63,705 nt of DNA, filler included, from Thraustochytrium aureum (GCA_012862495.1; 5 parts of 4 records of this genome joined end to end with filler, not necessarily neighbours in it); one strand, 5' to 3'. Positions 34,208 to 47,315 are shown, counted from the first letter of the whole stretch. Notes: generated from the letters alone by a model not told the origin. Program-made: numbers and translations.

Positions 34208-36162
34208 ATGCGCCTTCTCGGATTCGGGCTCGCCGTCTCTGCGACAGGCGCAGCCGCCTCCCGCGACCTCTGGGCCAACGATGAGGCCACCGTGGCCAAG
34301 GTCCACCCCGGCGTGATCGAGTTTAGCGAATTGACGGACGCAAGCGCTTTCCCGGACAGCGACGCGCGCGAGATCCTCGCTGGGGAGCTGCACCGCACCG
34401 GCATCGTCCAGATTGCTGGCATCCCCGGGTTTGCGGCGCTTCGCGAAAAGGTGCTGACCAGCGCGACGCCCTGCTCGCGCGTCTCGGAAGCGGCGCGCAA
34501 AGCCAAGTTTTCCGACGGCTCAGAGCGCGTCACGCTGGCCAACGAGCTCGTTGAGGGGGCCCGTGAGAACGTTCGCATCGACCATGGCAGCGCGAGCGAC
34601 GTCGCGGCCTGCGTCGAGTTTGACGCAAGCAGCTCTGCATTGCGCTCGTTGGTGACCCGCGTTTCGGAGATCTTTGCCTCCCGGCTCAGCGAGACGTTTG
34701 TGGCCGCCAAGTCCCTGATGGCCACCCCGGACGGGCAGCGCGAGTACACTTCGTTCGCAGACGTGACCCAGATGGGCCACCAACTCGAGCATTTCCACTC
34801 GTACCGCTTCGAGCCGAGCAAGGCCGGAGCCAAGCCCGAGGAGGCCACGGTCGACTTTCACACCGACCAAGGCTTGTTCATCGCCTTCACCCCGCCCATG
34901 ATGGTGAGCCGCGAGACCGGACGCCGCGTTGACGCCAAGCCCGGGCGCTTCTTCATCGAGTTGCGAAGCGGCAAGGAGGCCGAGGTCGTTTTTGTCGAGT
35001 CGGGCGACGCCCTGGTGATCATGCTCGGAGACGGCGTCAACCAATACGTGAACAACAACCTCAAGCCGCACACGCCCGAGCTCCGTGCCACCCCGCACGC
35101 CTTCACTATGCCGCGCGGCGTCCGCACAGAGACCGAGCCCGAGACTGGAGCCTGGCGGTCCTGGTACGGACGCATGTTCCTGCCGCCGAGTGATGCGCTC
35201 AACAAGATCGCCGGCCGCACTTTCGGCGAGATGCGCGACCGCTCTGTGGGCAAGGTTGGCGACGCTGCCGACGCAGAGGAGGCGCTCGCCATGGGCTGCT
35301 CGGGCACGCAGCACGCTCGGGAGCTTCAAATGAAGGACTGCGCCAGCAACCAACTTTACTGCTGGCACAGGTGCTTCAACTTTACCGATGAGATCAGCCC
35401 GGAGGCGTGCGCGGCGAAGAACCTTGGCTTCCAGTGTGCGAGCCAGTACAACCAGGTCTGGCCGCCCACCGGCCCCCACGGGATTTCAACCCGATGTGCA
35501 CCAACGCGACTGACTTGATCACCCCGGCCCCGACGATCCCCCGTGCGGACGACAGCTGCCCCTCGATCAGCAGCGTGATCGAGCGCGAGACCTACCAGGG
35601 CTGGCGTGCCCTGTCCGCCTCGACGTACGTGCTGTGGAACATTACGTCTGACGGTTTCCTCGAGGGCAAGATGATCTACGATGGCCTCGTGGGCTGGCTC
35701 GCGTTTGGCCTCGCCAAGGAGGGCGCCGCGAAGAAGGGAATGCACGGCGCCAAGATCATCATGGGCATTGTCAACTTTGGTGGCGGTTTCGGCGAGGTTG
35801 ACGAGTACGAGATCCATCCCAGTCTTACTGCTTTCCGCCATTGGCAAACGCCTGTGGCTGCCTCGATTGCGGAGTCGGATTTTGTCATTGACGGCGCCTG
35901 CTTCTCGAGCATGTCGTTCAAGACCAAGTCCTCTGCCGGGGAGAACTTCAACTTGACTGGGCCCAACAACCTCATCTGGGCGGTGCACGACTCCACGTGG
36001 CTTAAGGACTACCACGGCGGCGGTGACAAGCGCGGCGTGCTGAGCCTGGACTTTCGCGACTTTACGCCTCCGGGCGAAGAGGAAGAGGACAGTGCAGCGG
36101 CGGGTCTGTCTGCCTCTGGCGTCCTTGCCATTCTGGCGGCGGCGGTCATGCTCGCGCTTTAA
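34208..36162 (+). CDS. Secreted, probably GPI-anchored protein: 2OG-Fe(II) dioxygenase-like domain + Cys-rich linker + DOMON-like domain; frameshift near 35480
   Basis: Signal peptide MRLLGFGLAVSATGAAA; HxD...H motifs (DFHTDQGLF, LRATPHAF, RSWYGRMFLPP); DOMON-like GWLAFGL...GMHGAKIIMG...LIWAVH...YHG; hydrophobic C-terminal tail. Confidence 0.72.
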
Positions 36163-38590
36163 TTCAGCGCTCGAGCTCGAGGAAGTGCGGTCTGAGGACC
36201 CTCGAATCCTCTTTTACTCTCTTGCGGCACAACCGCAGCAACAAAAGGCATATTTTGATACTCAACAGACGGGAGGTGCGACCTCAAGGAAACGCGATGG
36301 AAATCCGAACCTGTCAGTTGGTCAGGCAGCATCCAACAGCGACGTCTCGCTGCGCCACGAAGGCGGCTTGCTGGAGAGGGCCCAGGCCGGCCCCATGAGG
36401 GCCAGAGCTCAAATGCGAATCGAAGGTACTCTATCCAGATGACGCAGAACTTGCCGGATGACAGCCTTACGGTGTTGACACGAGACGTCCGTGACAAACT
36501 TGTTGAGACTCCCTTGCGGATCAAAGCAGTTGGCCCAAGCAACTTCCTCGCGAAGCATGTCAAGGCACGAGCCGCTCGAACATTTCCCCCATGTGCTGCC
36601 GATGTGCATGCATGCAGTTTGCGCGCACGATTGAAGCTGTCATCTGCCTCGGGCCAGAGCAACAAACCAAATCGCCTTTTCAACAAGCCAGGACAGGACA
36701 GAGTAAGAAAGAATGAAAGAATGAAAGAAAGAAAAAGTGCCTTGGTGTTCGAGTGTCTTGCGCGCCTGAAAGGCCGCGCGTGGATCGTTGTAAAGGATGC
36801 CGTAGTTGAGTATGAGTTGGACCGAGGACCAGCTCGGCTCGTGGTGTGAGAAAAAGTATGCCATAGTAGAAAGGGACGCGGCGCTGATGGGGAAATCGGA
36901 GGCAGCCGAAGCGCCGCTCATGAAACGCAACAGAGCGGTGCGACCTGCACGAATGCCCCGAGTCCCAGCANNNNNNNNNNNNNNNNNNNNNNNNNNNNNN
37001 NNNNNNNNNNNNNNNNNNNNNNNNNNNNNNNNNNNNNNNNNNNNNNNNNNNNNNNNNNNNNNNNNNNNNNNNNNNNNNNNNNNNNNNNNNNNNNNNNNNN
37101 NNNNNNNNNNNNNNNNNNNNNNNNNNNNNNNNNNNNNNNNNNNNNNNNNNNNNNNNNNNNNNNNNNNNNNNNNNNNNNNNNNNNNNNNNNNNNNNNNNNN
37201 NNNNNNNNNNNNNNNNNNNNNNNNNNNNNNNNNNNNNNNNNNNNNNNNNNNNNNNNNNNNNNNNNNNNNNNNNNNNNNNNNNNNNNNNNNNNNNNNNNNN
37301 NNNNNNNNNNNNNNNNNNNNNNNNNNNNNNNNNNNNNNNNNNNNNNNNNNNNNNNNNNNNNNNNNNNNNNNNNNNNNNNNNNNNNNNNNNNNNNNNNNNN
37401 NNNNNNNNNNNNNNNNNNNNNNNNNNNNNNNNNNNNNNNNNNNNNNNNNNNNNNNNNNNNNNNNNNNNNNNNNNNNNNNNNNNNNNNNNNNNNNNNNNNN
37501 NNNNNNNNNNNNNNNNNNNNNNNNNNNNNNNNNNNNNNNNNNNNNNNNNNNNNNNNNNNNNNNNNNNNNNNNNNNNNNNNNNNNNNNNNNNNNNNNNNNN
37601 NAGAGCAGAGAGCTCTACTCTACTTAGCTGCCATGCCAGTGGTGAGTTGTGGAGGCGGATCCTCCCTCTCACGCCTCCCGCGGGTCCCCCCTCCTCACAC
37701 CGCTTCTCCTCACAAGCGCCGAGGATGATGGCTATTCTTCCTTCACCACTCCCAGCGGCAGCCGAAACAGGAAAAAAACAAGAACGCGACAAGAATGCAT
37801 TCCAGGCGCACGGGGGGTACCCGGGCACTGTATGGCGATAAAGCGTCTCGGAGGAACAGTGGGCGAGAGGGAGGAAGGTGCGCGTGGAGGTAGGGGTGGC
37901 GCCTGGGTGCGGGACGAAGGTGCGGGGGGCACTTGACCCTCGCAGGGAGCTGGCAGTCAGGACTCGTGACACGAAACGGCGGCGCAATGTAGACCCGTGA
38001 GCCTCCTTGACGCTCGCGAGCGGGCGCTGGTAGATCCCCTCCCCCTGCGGGCGCTGGTTAGTTGGCTGGACGCGCGGCAGGCGTGGCCGAGAGCGCACTG
38101 GCAGTCGCTTGTCACGGGCATGGCGCTGGTCACTCCGCCTCCACCTGTCCCTCTGGCCCTGGGCAGCGCCGTGTCGCAGTTTTTGCGTGAAACCTGCACG
38201 GCACTTGTTTCGAGGCGCTTGTACGATCGCGCGAGTTGGCCCGGATGGCCCGAGAGGGGCTGCGCGGAGGGTGAGGTGGGTGTTCCGGATGGATGTGATG
38301 GCCTGCGGGCGTGTGCCGCTTCTAGAGACGTGGCCGGTCGAATCTGCAAGCAGGTTGAGTTTCACCGGACCTCACGCGCGCATGGATTGGCACCTGTGTG
38401 GCCTTTGGCCCCTGCCAGCCTTCTGCGCGCAAGCCCGACGACTGATGACAATGACTTGATTCGTTTTTGAAGACCTTGTTACATTGGTTTGGTTTATTGG
38501 TCATGTGCGTCGACATGGCTTGGACACGGAACCCGTCGCAAAGCGCGGGCTGTCGTGTTTGTTCGGTGCTCTTCCACAGTCCCCAACACT

Positions 38591-39558
38591 TCAAACACAC
38601 GGGACGCCCACCGCCGAATTGGCCGACCCAGCAGAGTTGGCGCGCTCGGCCTTTCCGCTTGCTTGCGGCGAGCCTGGAGGCTCCGGAGCCATGCGAATGA
38701 CAGGGCTCGTCACGACGGAGACGCGCTCCTTGCCGTCCGCTCCACGCGACCCAAAGCTGCTCGAAAGCGTAGAGTACTTTCCACTGGTGCCCTTGAGCGG
38801 CACCAGCCGGCCGGTCAGGTTGCGGCAGAGCTCGATCAGGCCGTCGCTGGCAGCGTCGTCCATTGCCGCAGCATGCCAGCTCAAGGCGGGGTCGACCTTG
38901 TACTTGTTGAAGAACTTGCCAGAAGTGCCGCGCAGGGAGGGGTCCGTTGCCACGTACGTGATGGCGTCCGCGGCGCTCGAGGCGTCCTTGAGAAAGTGCT
39001 GCGCGCAAAAGAACGCCGCTGCGAAAATCAATCCGCGCGGGATACCGAGCCCAGTGGCCGCGCTCCCCGGATACACGACGTTGACGTCCACGCCACTCGC
39101 GAGCGCCGCGAGCCGTCGAGCGATCATGACCTGCGCCTGCTTTGTCGAAGCATAGGTCCGCTGGAACTCAAAGTCCTTGCCATATGGCGTTTCCGAGAGC
39201 GCAAATTCGCCCTCGGTGTATTTCAATGACCCCACGATGAGGATTTGGCCACGCCGTGCTGTCGCCCACAGAAACGGCATCAACGCGCAAGAGACGGCGT
39301 ACGGTGCTACGCAGTTGACCATGAACGAGCTTTCGATGCCGTCCTTGTTGATCACGCACGTCTTCGCCCAAACGCCCGCGTTCAAGATCAGGCCGTCGAC
39401 GTGCTTGCCCTTCAGCGTGGCCTGGAGCGAGGCGCAGGCGGCCTCCGTCGAGTCAAGCGTGCTAAAGTCGGCGATCACGACGCAGACGTGCGAGGCCACG
39501 TCGGCCCCGCGCTCTTCTGCAATGCTCTGTATCGCTGCGATGGCCTTGCCTTCGTGCG
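38591..39558 (-). CDS. Short-chain dehydrogenase/reductase (retinol dehydrogenase-like), 5' end in gap
   Basis: VDGLILNAGV, SFMVNCVAPY, catalytic YASTK (YxxxK), VNVVYPGSAATGL, SGKFF. Confidence 0.85.
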
Positions 39559-40416
39559 NNNNNNNNNNNNNNNNNNNNNNNNNNNNNNNNNNNNNNNNNN
39601 NNNNNNNNNNNNNNNNNNNNNNNNNNNNNNNNNNNNNNNNNNNNNNNNNNNNNNNNNNNNNNNNNNNNNNNNNNNNNNNNNNNNNNNNNNNNNNNNNNNN
39701 NNNNNNNNNNNNNNNNNNNNNNNNNNNNNNNNNNNNNNNNNNNNNNNNNNNNNNNNNNNNNNNNNNNNNNNNNNNNNNNNNNNNNNNNNNNNNNNNNNNN
39801 NNNNNNNNNNNNNNNNNNNNNNNNNNNNNNNNNNNNNNNNNNNNNNNNNNNNNNNNNNNNNNNNNNNNNNNNNNNNNNNNNNNNNNNNNNNNNNNNNNNN
39901 NNNNNNNNNNNNNNNNNNNNNNNNNNNNNNNNNNNNNNNNNNNNNNNNNNNNNNNNNNNNNNNNNNNNNNNNNNNNNNNNNNNNNNNNNNNNNNNNNNNN
40001 NNNNNNNNNNNNNNNNNNNNNNNNNNNNNNNNNNNNNNNNNNNNNNNNNNNNNNNNNNNNNNNNNNNNNNNNNNNNNNNNNNNNNNNNNNNNNNNNNNNN
40101 NNNNNNNNNNNNNNNNNNNNNNNNNNNNNNNNNNNNNNNNNNNNNNNNNNNNNNNNNNNNNNNNNNNNNNNNNNNNNNNNNNNNNNNNNNNNNNNNNNNN
40201 NNNNNNNNNNNNNNNNNNNNNNNNNNNNNNNNNNNNNNNNNNNNNNNNNNNNNNNNNNNNNNNNNNNNNNNNNNNNNNNNNNNNNNNNNNNNNNNNNNNN
40301 NNNNNNNNNNNNNNNNNNNNNNNNNNNNNNNNNNNNNNNNNNNNNNNNNNNNNNNNNNNNNNNNNNNNNNNNNNNNNNNNNNNNNNNNNNNNNNNNNNNN
40401 NNNNNNNNNNNNNNNT

Positions 40417-41573
40417 ATGTCGTGGGAAGAATACTGCCGCGTCACGCCACCTAGCGTGTTCCTTGGCGTTATGCGGATGACGAACGCGGAGTTTGAACAA
40501 CTTTTCGATACTCTCGCCAACAACCCGGAAAGCGCTAACAATCTTTTCCGCGATTCTCGAGGTAGCCAAAGGCCCTCGACACGGCTGGTTGAGCCAAGAA
40601 TGATCCTCTCTATCACGCTCATGCGCCTTGGCGGTGCAAGCTTTGCTGTCATTGCAGGAATGTTCAACCTCTCGATCAACACACCGTGGTTCGCGTTCCA
40701 CGACGGCATACGCGCTATCTTAGCTGCGCAGGACAGCTTTATAGACCCGGACCCTTTCGGATCTTTGGAGAAGCTTGAGGGCCTCGCCAAGGACTTCAAT
40801 CGCAAGACGTGGGGATACCGGGACGGCATGCGAACGATGTATGGCTGTGTTGGGGCTCTGGATGGCATTGTTCTCAAGATCGCGAACCCTACAACCGAGG
40901 GGAACCAGCGCAGCTACTTTAACCGTAAGGGCTTCTTTGCCATTGTAGCCCAAGCGATTTGCGACGACAACTGCAAGTTCCTGATGTTTTCGCCGCGATT
41001 CAGGGGATCAACGCACGACTCACAGGCCTTCTACCAATCGAGCCTGTACGATGACATCGCTGGCACAACTCTGATGCTAAAGGAACATGAGGATAGTGAG
41101 CACCTCGAAATTGGCCGCAACTTTTGGATTGCAGCTGACAACGCGTACAACCCGACACCTACCGTATTGGTCCCGTACAAAAATCTGTCAACAGGACCTG
41201 AACGACTCAAGCGCCTCGGATTCAACGAAAAGCTCTCCAGTTTGCGCGTCAGGATCGAGAACTGCTTTGGCATTTTGAAGAAAAAGTTCCCAATCCTCAC
41301 GCACGGTCTGCCATGCAAAACCCCAAGCGACAACGCGAACGTTGCGATGGCGTGCGCGCTTCTGCACAACTTCCTTCGAGACCATCAATTGAGCGGAGCT
41401 GGTTCCGACAGCCCTGCAGCATTCGATGCGAGCGGGCAAGCAAGCAACTGGGAAAGTGGAGGACGACAGAACTTTGACAACAACACAAGTATTGATCAAG
41501 ACACGCATCGTCCGCAAAGGAATCTGCAAAGTGAAGCCCTTCGCGCCCGCCACGCAACCTGGCTCCTCCAAAA
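40417..41573 (+). mobile_element. PIF/Harbinger DDE transposase (DDE_Tnp_4/HARBI1-like), both ends in gaps
   Basis: GCVGALDGIVLKI, YFNRKGFFAIVAQAICD, GSTHDSQAF, IAADNAY, FNEKLSSLRVRIENCFGILKKKFPIL, ACALLHNFL. Lower GC than host genes. Confidence 0.93.
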
Positions 41574-42520
41574 NNNNNNNNNNNNNNNNNNNNNNNNNNN
41601 NNNNNNNNNNNNNNNNNNNNNNNNNNNNNNNNNNNNNNNNNNNNNNNNNNNNNNNNNNNNNNNNNNNNNNNNNNNNNNNNNNNNNNNNNNNNNNNNNNNN
41701 NNNNNNNNNNNNNNNNNNNNNNNNNNNNNNNNNNNNNNNNNNNNNNNNNNNNNNNNNNNNNNNNNNNNNNNNNNNNNNNNNNNNNNNNNNNNNNNNNNNN
41801 NNNNNNNNNNNNNNNNNNNNNNNNNNNNNNNNNNNNNNNNNNNNNNNNNNNNNNNNNNNNNNNNNNNNNNNNNNNNNNNNNNNNNNNNNNNNNNNNNNNN
41901 NNNNNNNNNNNNNNNNNNNNNNNNNNNNNNNNNNNNNNNNNNNNNNNNNNNNNNNNNNNNNNNNNNNNNNNNNNNNNNNNNNNNNNNNNNNNNNNNNNNN
42001 NNNNNNNNNNNNNNNNNNNNNNNNNNNNNNNNNNNNNNNNNNNNNNNNNNNNNNNNNNNNNNNNNNNNNNNNNNNNNNNNNNNNNNNNNNNNNNNNNNNN
42101 NNNNNNNNNNNNNNNNNNNNNNNNNNNNNNNNNNNNNNNNNNNNNNNNNNNNNNNNNNNNNNNNNNNNNNNNNNNNNNNNNNNNNNNNNNNNNNNNNNNN
42201 NNNNNNNNNNNNNNNNNNNNNNNNNNNNNNNNNNNNNNNNNNNNNNNNNNNNNNNNNNNNNNNNNNNNNNNNNNNNNNNNNNNNNNNNNNNNNNNNNNNN
42301 NNNNNNNNNNNNNNNNNNNNNNNNNNNNNNNNNNNNNNNNNNNNNNNNNNNNNNNNNNNNNNNNNNNNNNNNNNNNNNNNNNNNNNNNNNNNNNNNNNNN
42401 NNNNNNNNNNNNNNNNNNNNNNNNNNNNNNNNNNNNNNNNNNNNNNNNNNNNNNNNNNNNNNNNNNNNNNNNNNNNNNNNNNNNNNNNNNNNNNNNNNNN
42501 NNNNNNNNNNNNNNNNNNNN

Positions 42521-43411
42521 CATCTCCGCGATCGCCACCAGAGCCTGCATCGCCGGACCTGGCGGAACGCCAACGGCCGGGTCCACCTGTAACGTGAGAC
42601 GCGGCGTGGCTTCGAGTTCTGATGCACCTCGTGGACCTGGTGGCGAGGCGGGGTGCGCGCGGCGAAACAGAATCGAAGAAAACACAAAAATGAAGCGCCC
42701 GATACTGCGCCGGGCGTCAACCACATCCTGTCCAAACGAGACGAACTTTCGCGAAGACGACGGCCAGAGTTTTCCAAAGGCGCTCCGCTTAACCTCGGTG
42801 ACGCCGCCGTTGCTGACGATGGCCTCGAGGTTGGTTTTGGCAGCTGCAATAGCCTTTTGCGTATGCGAGTCAATCTCCGCCGATGGCGATGCAGGAGCCC
42901 CGTCGACGGCTCCTAGGAAGAAATCGCTAACAGCCTGCTTGAATCCCTGCAGCTTCACGAGGCTTTCGAGAGCTTCCGCCATGCTCTTTAGCTGCGGTCT
43001 GGTCAGCGAAGTTGACGAGAAGAACTCCTTCATCGTTTCAAGGCTGGCAACTCGCGACAGCCCGAGCGCAACGACCCCTTCGCCACATTTTGTAAGACAA
43101 CGCCCCGTCAGCGCGTCGAGAGCAGATCGCGGCGGGGCAGAGACCTCCTCAACAGGCGGCGTAGATTCAGATGAATCGGATTCGAAGCTGCTGTCGAGGT
43201 TCGTTGTCCACTTGACTTGCTCTTCGACATCCTCTGGAGCACGCGGCCGAGGGCCTGACTCGTCGATTGCCTTATCGAGGGTTGGAGACCACTCCAGCGC
43301 CTCTTGCCTGTCTCGGGGAGACTCTTTGCTGCCCATCGCACCCAGCGCGGCGTGTTGGGCACCCCGTAGCCCTCCTCTGTTTCCTTCTCTGGCACGCAGA
43401 CGCCCTCGCAA
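42521..43411 (-). CDS. Hypothetical ORF convergent on the Harbinger transposase (candidate second element ORF)
   Basis: Open frame of ~300 codons running into the gap, with composition like the transposase; no recognisable motif. Confidence 0.4.
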
Positions 43412-46400
43412 GGCAAGACTCCGTCGCGCGACAGCGACTGGTGTTGCGGCAGATCCAGTCAGTCCTACCTCTGACGTATCTTAGGTATACCTTGGCACAG
43501 TTTTTCACTCGAGCGAACAAACCGATCACGAACAAAGAGAACACATTTTGTTTTTTCCCGAACTTGGCTCCGACCTAAGGAATAAAGAACAAATAGGCAG
43601 TTAATTACGTGATTTTGATCGCTACGAAGAAGGCCTAATTGCTAATCGCACCCCAAAAGACGCTCGTGAAGGAGCACCATCAACTGCTCCCTTGGATGAT
43701 CCACATCGCGTCACGCCTACGACTCTCTTCGGCGTCAGCCAGGACACACCAGCCCACCCCTCGAGCGTGGGCCAGTCGATGGCTCTTGTGCCTGTTGACC
43801 CGGAGCTGCTCCCACAGCAGAGCCACATCTCACGGAGAAATCGAAGCGAAACTCGCAGCCGTGAAGTTGCACGTGCTACGTCCGTCGGAGCGCATGCAGA
43901 GAGAGAGCACACGGAGAGCACGCGGAGAGCGAGGCAAGTGCGACCCCGCTGTTCGCTGACATGTGATGGATGATCGTGACAGCCTGCGAACGAGCAAGTC
44001 CCGCGAATCTGCGACATACTTACTTGCTTTCCTGCCGGTACTCTNNNNNNNNNNNNNNNNNNNNNNNNNNNNNNNNNNNNNNNNNNNNNNNNNNNNNNNN
44101 NNNNNNNNNNNNNNNNNNNNNNNNNNNNNNNNNNNNNNNNNNNNNNNNNNNNNNNNNNNNNNNNNNNNNNNNNNNNNNNNNNNNNNNNNNNNNNNNNNNN
44201 NNNNNNNNNNNNNNNNNNNNNNNNNNNNNNNNNNNNNNNNNNNNNNNNNNNNNNNNNNNNNNNNNNNNNNNNNNNNNNNNNNNNNNNNNNNNNNNNNNNN
44301 NNNNNNNNNNNNNNNNNNNNNNNNNNNNNNNNNNNNNNNNNNNNNNNNNNNNNNNNNNNNNNNNNNNNNNNNNNNNNNNNNNNNNNNNNNNNNNNNNNNN
44401 NNNNNNNNNNNNNNNNNNNNNNNNNNNNNNNNNNNNNNNNNNNNNNNNNNNNNNNNNNNNNNNNNNNNNNNNNNNNNNNNNNNNNNNNNNNNNNNNNNNN
44501 NNNNNNNNNNNNNNNNNNNNNNNNNNNNNNNNNNNNNNNNNNNNNNNNNNNNNNNNNNNNNNNNNNNNNNNNNNNNNNNNNNNNNNNNNNNNNNNNNNNN
44601 NNNNNNNNNNNNNNNNNNNNNNNNNNNNNNNNNNCTCTTTAAAAAAATTAGAAACAGACGCCAAAACGAAATCGAGGACTGGGAGCTGCTTGACTTCGGC
44701 CGGGGCTTTCACAATCTGTCATAGTCCTGAGTGCTACCGCGCCGCTCTCCGAGCCGATGAGTTTTTCCAGCTGACATGCTTGCCATGCCATGCATGATAG
44801 CCAGGCCAGCTGGCGACGAAGGCCATGCGAGGCGCAGGAGAGTTGCCTGCCAAAGTGGTTCCGAATCGGCCGCGCCGAGTTGCTCTCTTGCTTCCAGAGC
44901 TACGATCAACATTCACGCGCGCGAGCCTCCGCATCACGAGCGCGGCTGACTGGCCTCTCCATCTTGGAAAGGGCTTGCATTTGTGAAAACGATCGAGTTC
45001 TGGACCGCATGGTCTGTTGCTGCACGCTCTCTCCCTAGCAAGAGGGTGGTGGGCGCGAGCTAGTCGAGGTGGTCGGCAACTTGAAAGTGCGTGGGATTGG
45101 AACTCCTCGAGCCATGGGGCGCGTGGCTGTGAGCAGACAGTCCGTCACGGTGCAGACGTCGTCCTGCGTTCAGTCCGCTCTACTCTGCTACCTCCAGCCC
45201 GTTTGATGGCTCGCGTTTGATTGATGCTGGCTGTCACTGAAGTGCTGAGCGAAAGCCGCTCGTTGATACGCGAATGCAATTTCCATTGCCTCTTCCCAGC
45301 AGCCCATGTTTGGCTCGACGGAGCCACTGGCAGGTCCGAAATGTCTCGGGCTCTCTCCTGCGAGAGTTGGCGACGAGAAGCGCGCTCAAACAGGCTCCCC
45401 GTGGCTTCCTCACCACCTGCTTGCTCCTCTACCAAAACGCGATCATCCGTGACGACAGCCAGACGTGGTGCCTCGAGGGTGTGCACTCGGTGCGCATCAC
45501 ATGCAATCGGCGCCCGAGTTGTGAGAGCCCTTCGAGCCCTAGCCCTAGCAAGAAGCTCGCAGAAGAGAGTCCTCGGGTACTCTACCTACCTTTGGAAGGG
45601 TACTCTACTTGCTCTACGCTGCTCTGTTCTCCTGGTCTGTTGGTGCGCGATTTTCATCATGGTGGGTAGATCCGGCCTTTCGGACGCCAACCAAGCGCAC
45701 CGTGACAGCGAGGCAAACCCGGTTCGCGTANNNNNNNNNNNNNNNNNNNNNNNNNNNNNNNNNNNNNNNNNNNNNNNNNNNNNNNNNNNNNNNNNNNNNN
45801 NNNNNNNNNNNNNNNNNNNNNNNNNNNNNNNNNNNNNNNNNNNNNNNNNNNNNNNNNNNNNNNNNNNNNNNNNNNNNNNNNNNNNNNNNNNNNNNNNNNN
45901 NNNNNNNNNNNNNNNNNNNNNNNNNNNNNNNNNNNNNNNNNNNNNNNNNNNNNNNNNNNNNNNNNNGTGGCCAGACGGCCAGCCGCACGACGCCCCAGTC
46001 CTCGCCGCGCCAAGCCGCACCGCACCGCCCCAGCCGCCCGACGTTTCGCCAGCCTTCGCTGTACCACCACGCCGCAGTGGGCCGCTGCCCGCGGTGCAGC
46101 AACAGCCAAACGAGGTCGAGAGAGCAAGATCAAGATGGGATGTGTGGGGTCGTCAACTAGAACCGTGAGGGCCATGCAAGTCAGCTCTGTGATCCCGTGC
46201 GTCAAAAGGCGCGGGGTGACCGAGCTTTCATCGGATCTCAGCCAAGAGGCATCTGAAGCAGAACCCCCCACTCGGCTCGCGTCCAAGGCCCTCCTCCGGA
46301 CCCTTTCGATGACCTTCCGAGCGGGCCCGTATTTAAACCGACGCCTTTTGCCTTCAATGTTGAGCTGCATGGTGCTGGGGAACGACAGCTTCGCTTTGGA

Positions 46401-46445
46401 AGAGGTGGTGACATCGCCTTCTTTAGCGGTAGTGCGGTCGGCCTA

Positions 46446-47315
46446 ATGGCTGGTGGTGCTGCTCTTGCTATTCCAGCACTGATGATTCCGGGACTGATCA
46501 TCGAAGGTGTTGGCCTGGCGACGCAGCTTGGCGGCTTGGCGGGTCCTGGTCAACGGATTCGCAGCTACTTATGGTCGGTTAGAGATGGTTCCTGGGAGTA
46601 CCGGTTTCCCATCTTTGCTTTTCTCTCGTACCATCAAGAGTCATCCAGAGGTGTTGTTTCGACATTTACCGGGGCGATTTCGAGACTCGGGGACCAGTTT
46701 TCGGGCGACGCTTTCACGAAGCAGAATGGATGTCTTCCCGACACGCAGCTTTTGGGTGACCTTGAGAGCATTCCGATGTACGTCAAAAACTCGCGCGTCT
46801 ACGTGGCATTCCTGTCGGAGAACTTTTTCAACAGCGCCTTTTGCTTGCTCGAGTTCATCACGGCTGTGCAGTTCCAAAAACCCATCATCTTGATTGAAAG
46901 CGACACCATCGAGCCCTTCCAGCGTGACCGCATTGAGACGTACAAGTACTTGGCGCAAAGGACGCGCCGGAAGAACCCTAGTACCTTTTCGTTGATTAGA
47001 GCATCGCGGGCAGACTGGGAGAAGCTCTTCAATCGCGTCGACAGAATCATCGCGACCAGATTTACGTCCAACATCAGGGACGACTACCTGGAGGGCTCCG
47101 TGAGGGGCCTCATGCGGGACTTTCTGGGCGCAGCGCTGAAGGATCGACAGCAAGAGCTCGAATCGTTCGAAGGCGCACCAAAGTCACAGCGATGGAGTTC
47201 CAGTGGCACGTTCACCTCATGGAGCGATGTGAAGGAGATCCAGTACGTGAAATGCTGTATTGGATACCGTGCAAAAGCTGTTCGTGCAATGAACCCGCAA
47301 TTCTTGGGCATGTAG
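46446..47315 (+). CDS. Standalone TIR-domain protein (289 aa)
   Basis: Box-1 FAFLSYHQ, then VKNSRVYVAFLSENFFNSAFCLLEFITAVQFQKPIILI with the conserved Glu at codon 46851-46853. Gly-rich hydrophobic N-terminus; intact intronless ORF. Confidence 0.85.
   Translation: MAGGAALAIPALMIPGLIIEGVGLATQLGGLAGPGQRIRSYLWSVRDGSWEYRFPIFAFLSYHQESSRGVVSTFTGAISRLGDQFSGDAFTKQNGCLPDTQLLGDLESIPMYVKNSRVYVAFLSENFFNSAFCLLEFITAVQFQKPIILIESDTIEPFQRDRIETYKYLAQRTRRKNPSTFSLIRASRADWEKLFNRVDRIIATRFTSNIRDDYLEGSVRGLMRDFLGAALKDRQQELESFEGAPKSQRWSSSGTFTSWSDVKEIQYVKCCIGYRAKAVRAMNPQFLGM

Noticed and set aside
37997..38470. 157-aa ORF as a gene
   Set aside because: It has a non-ATG start and no recognisable motif; support is insufficient.
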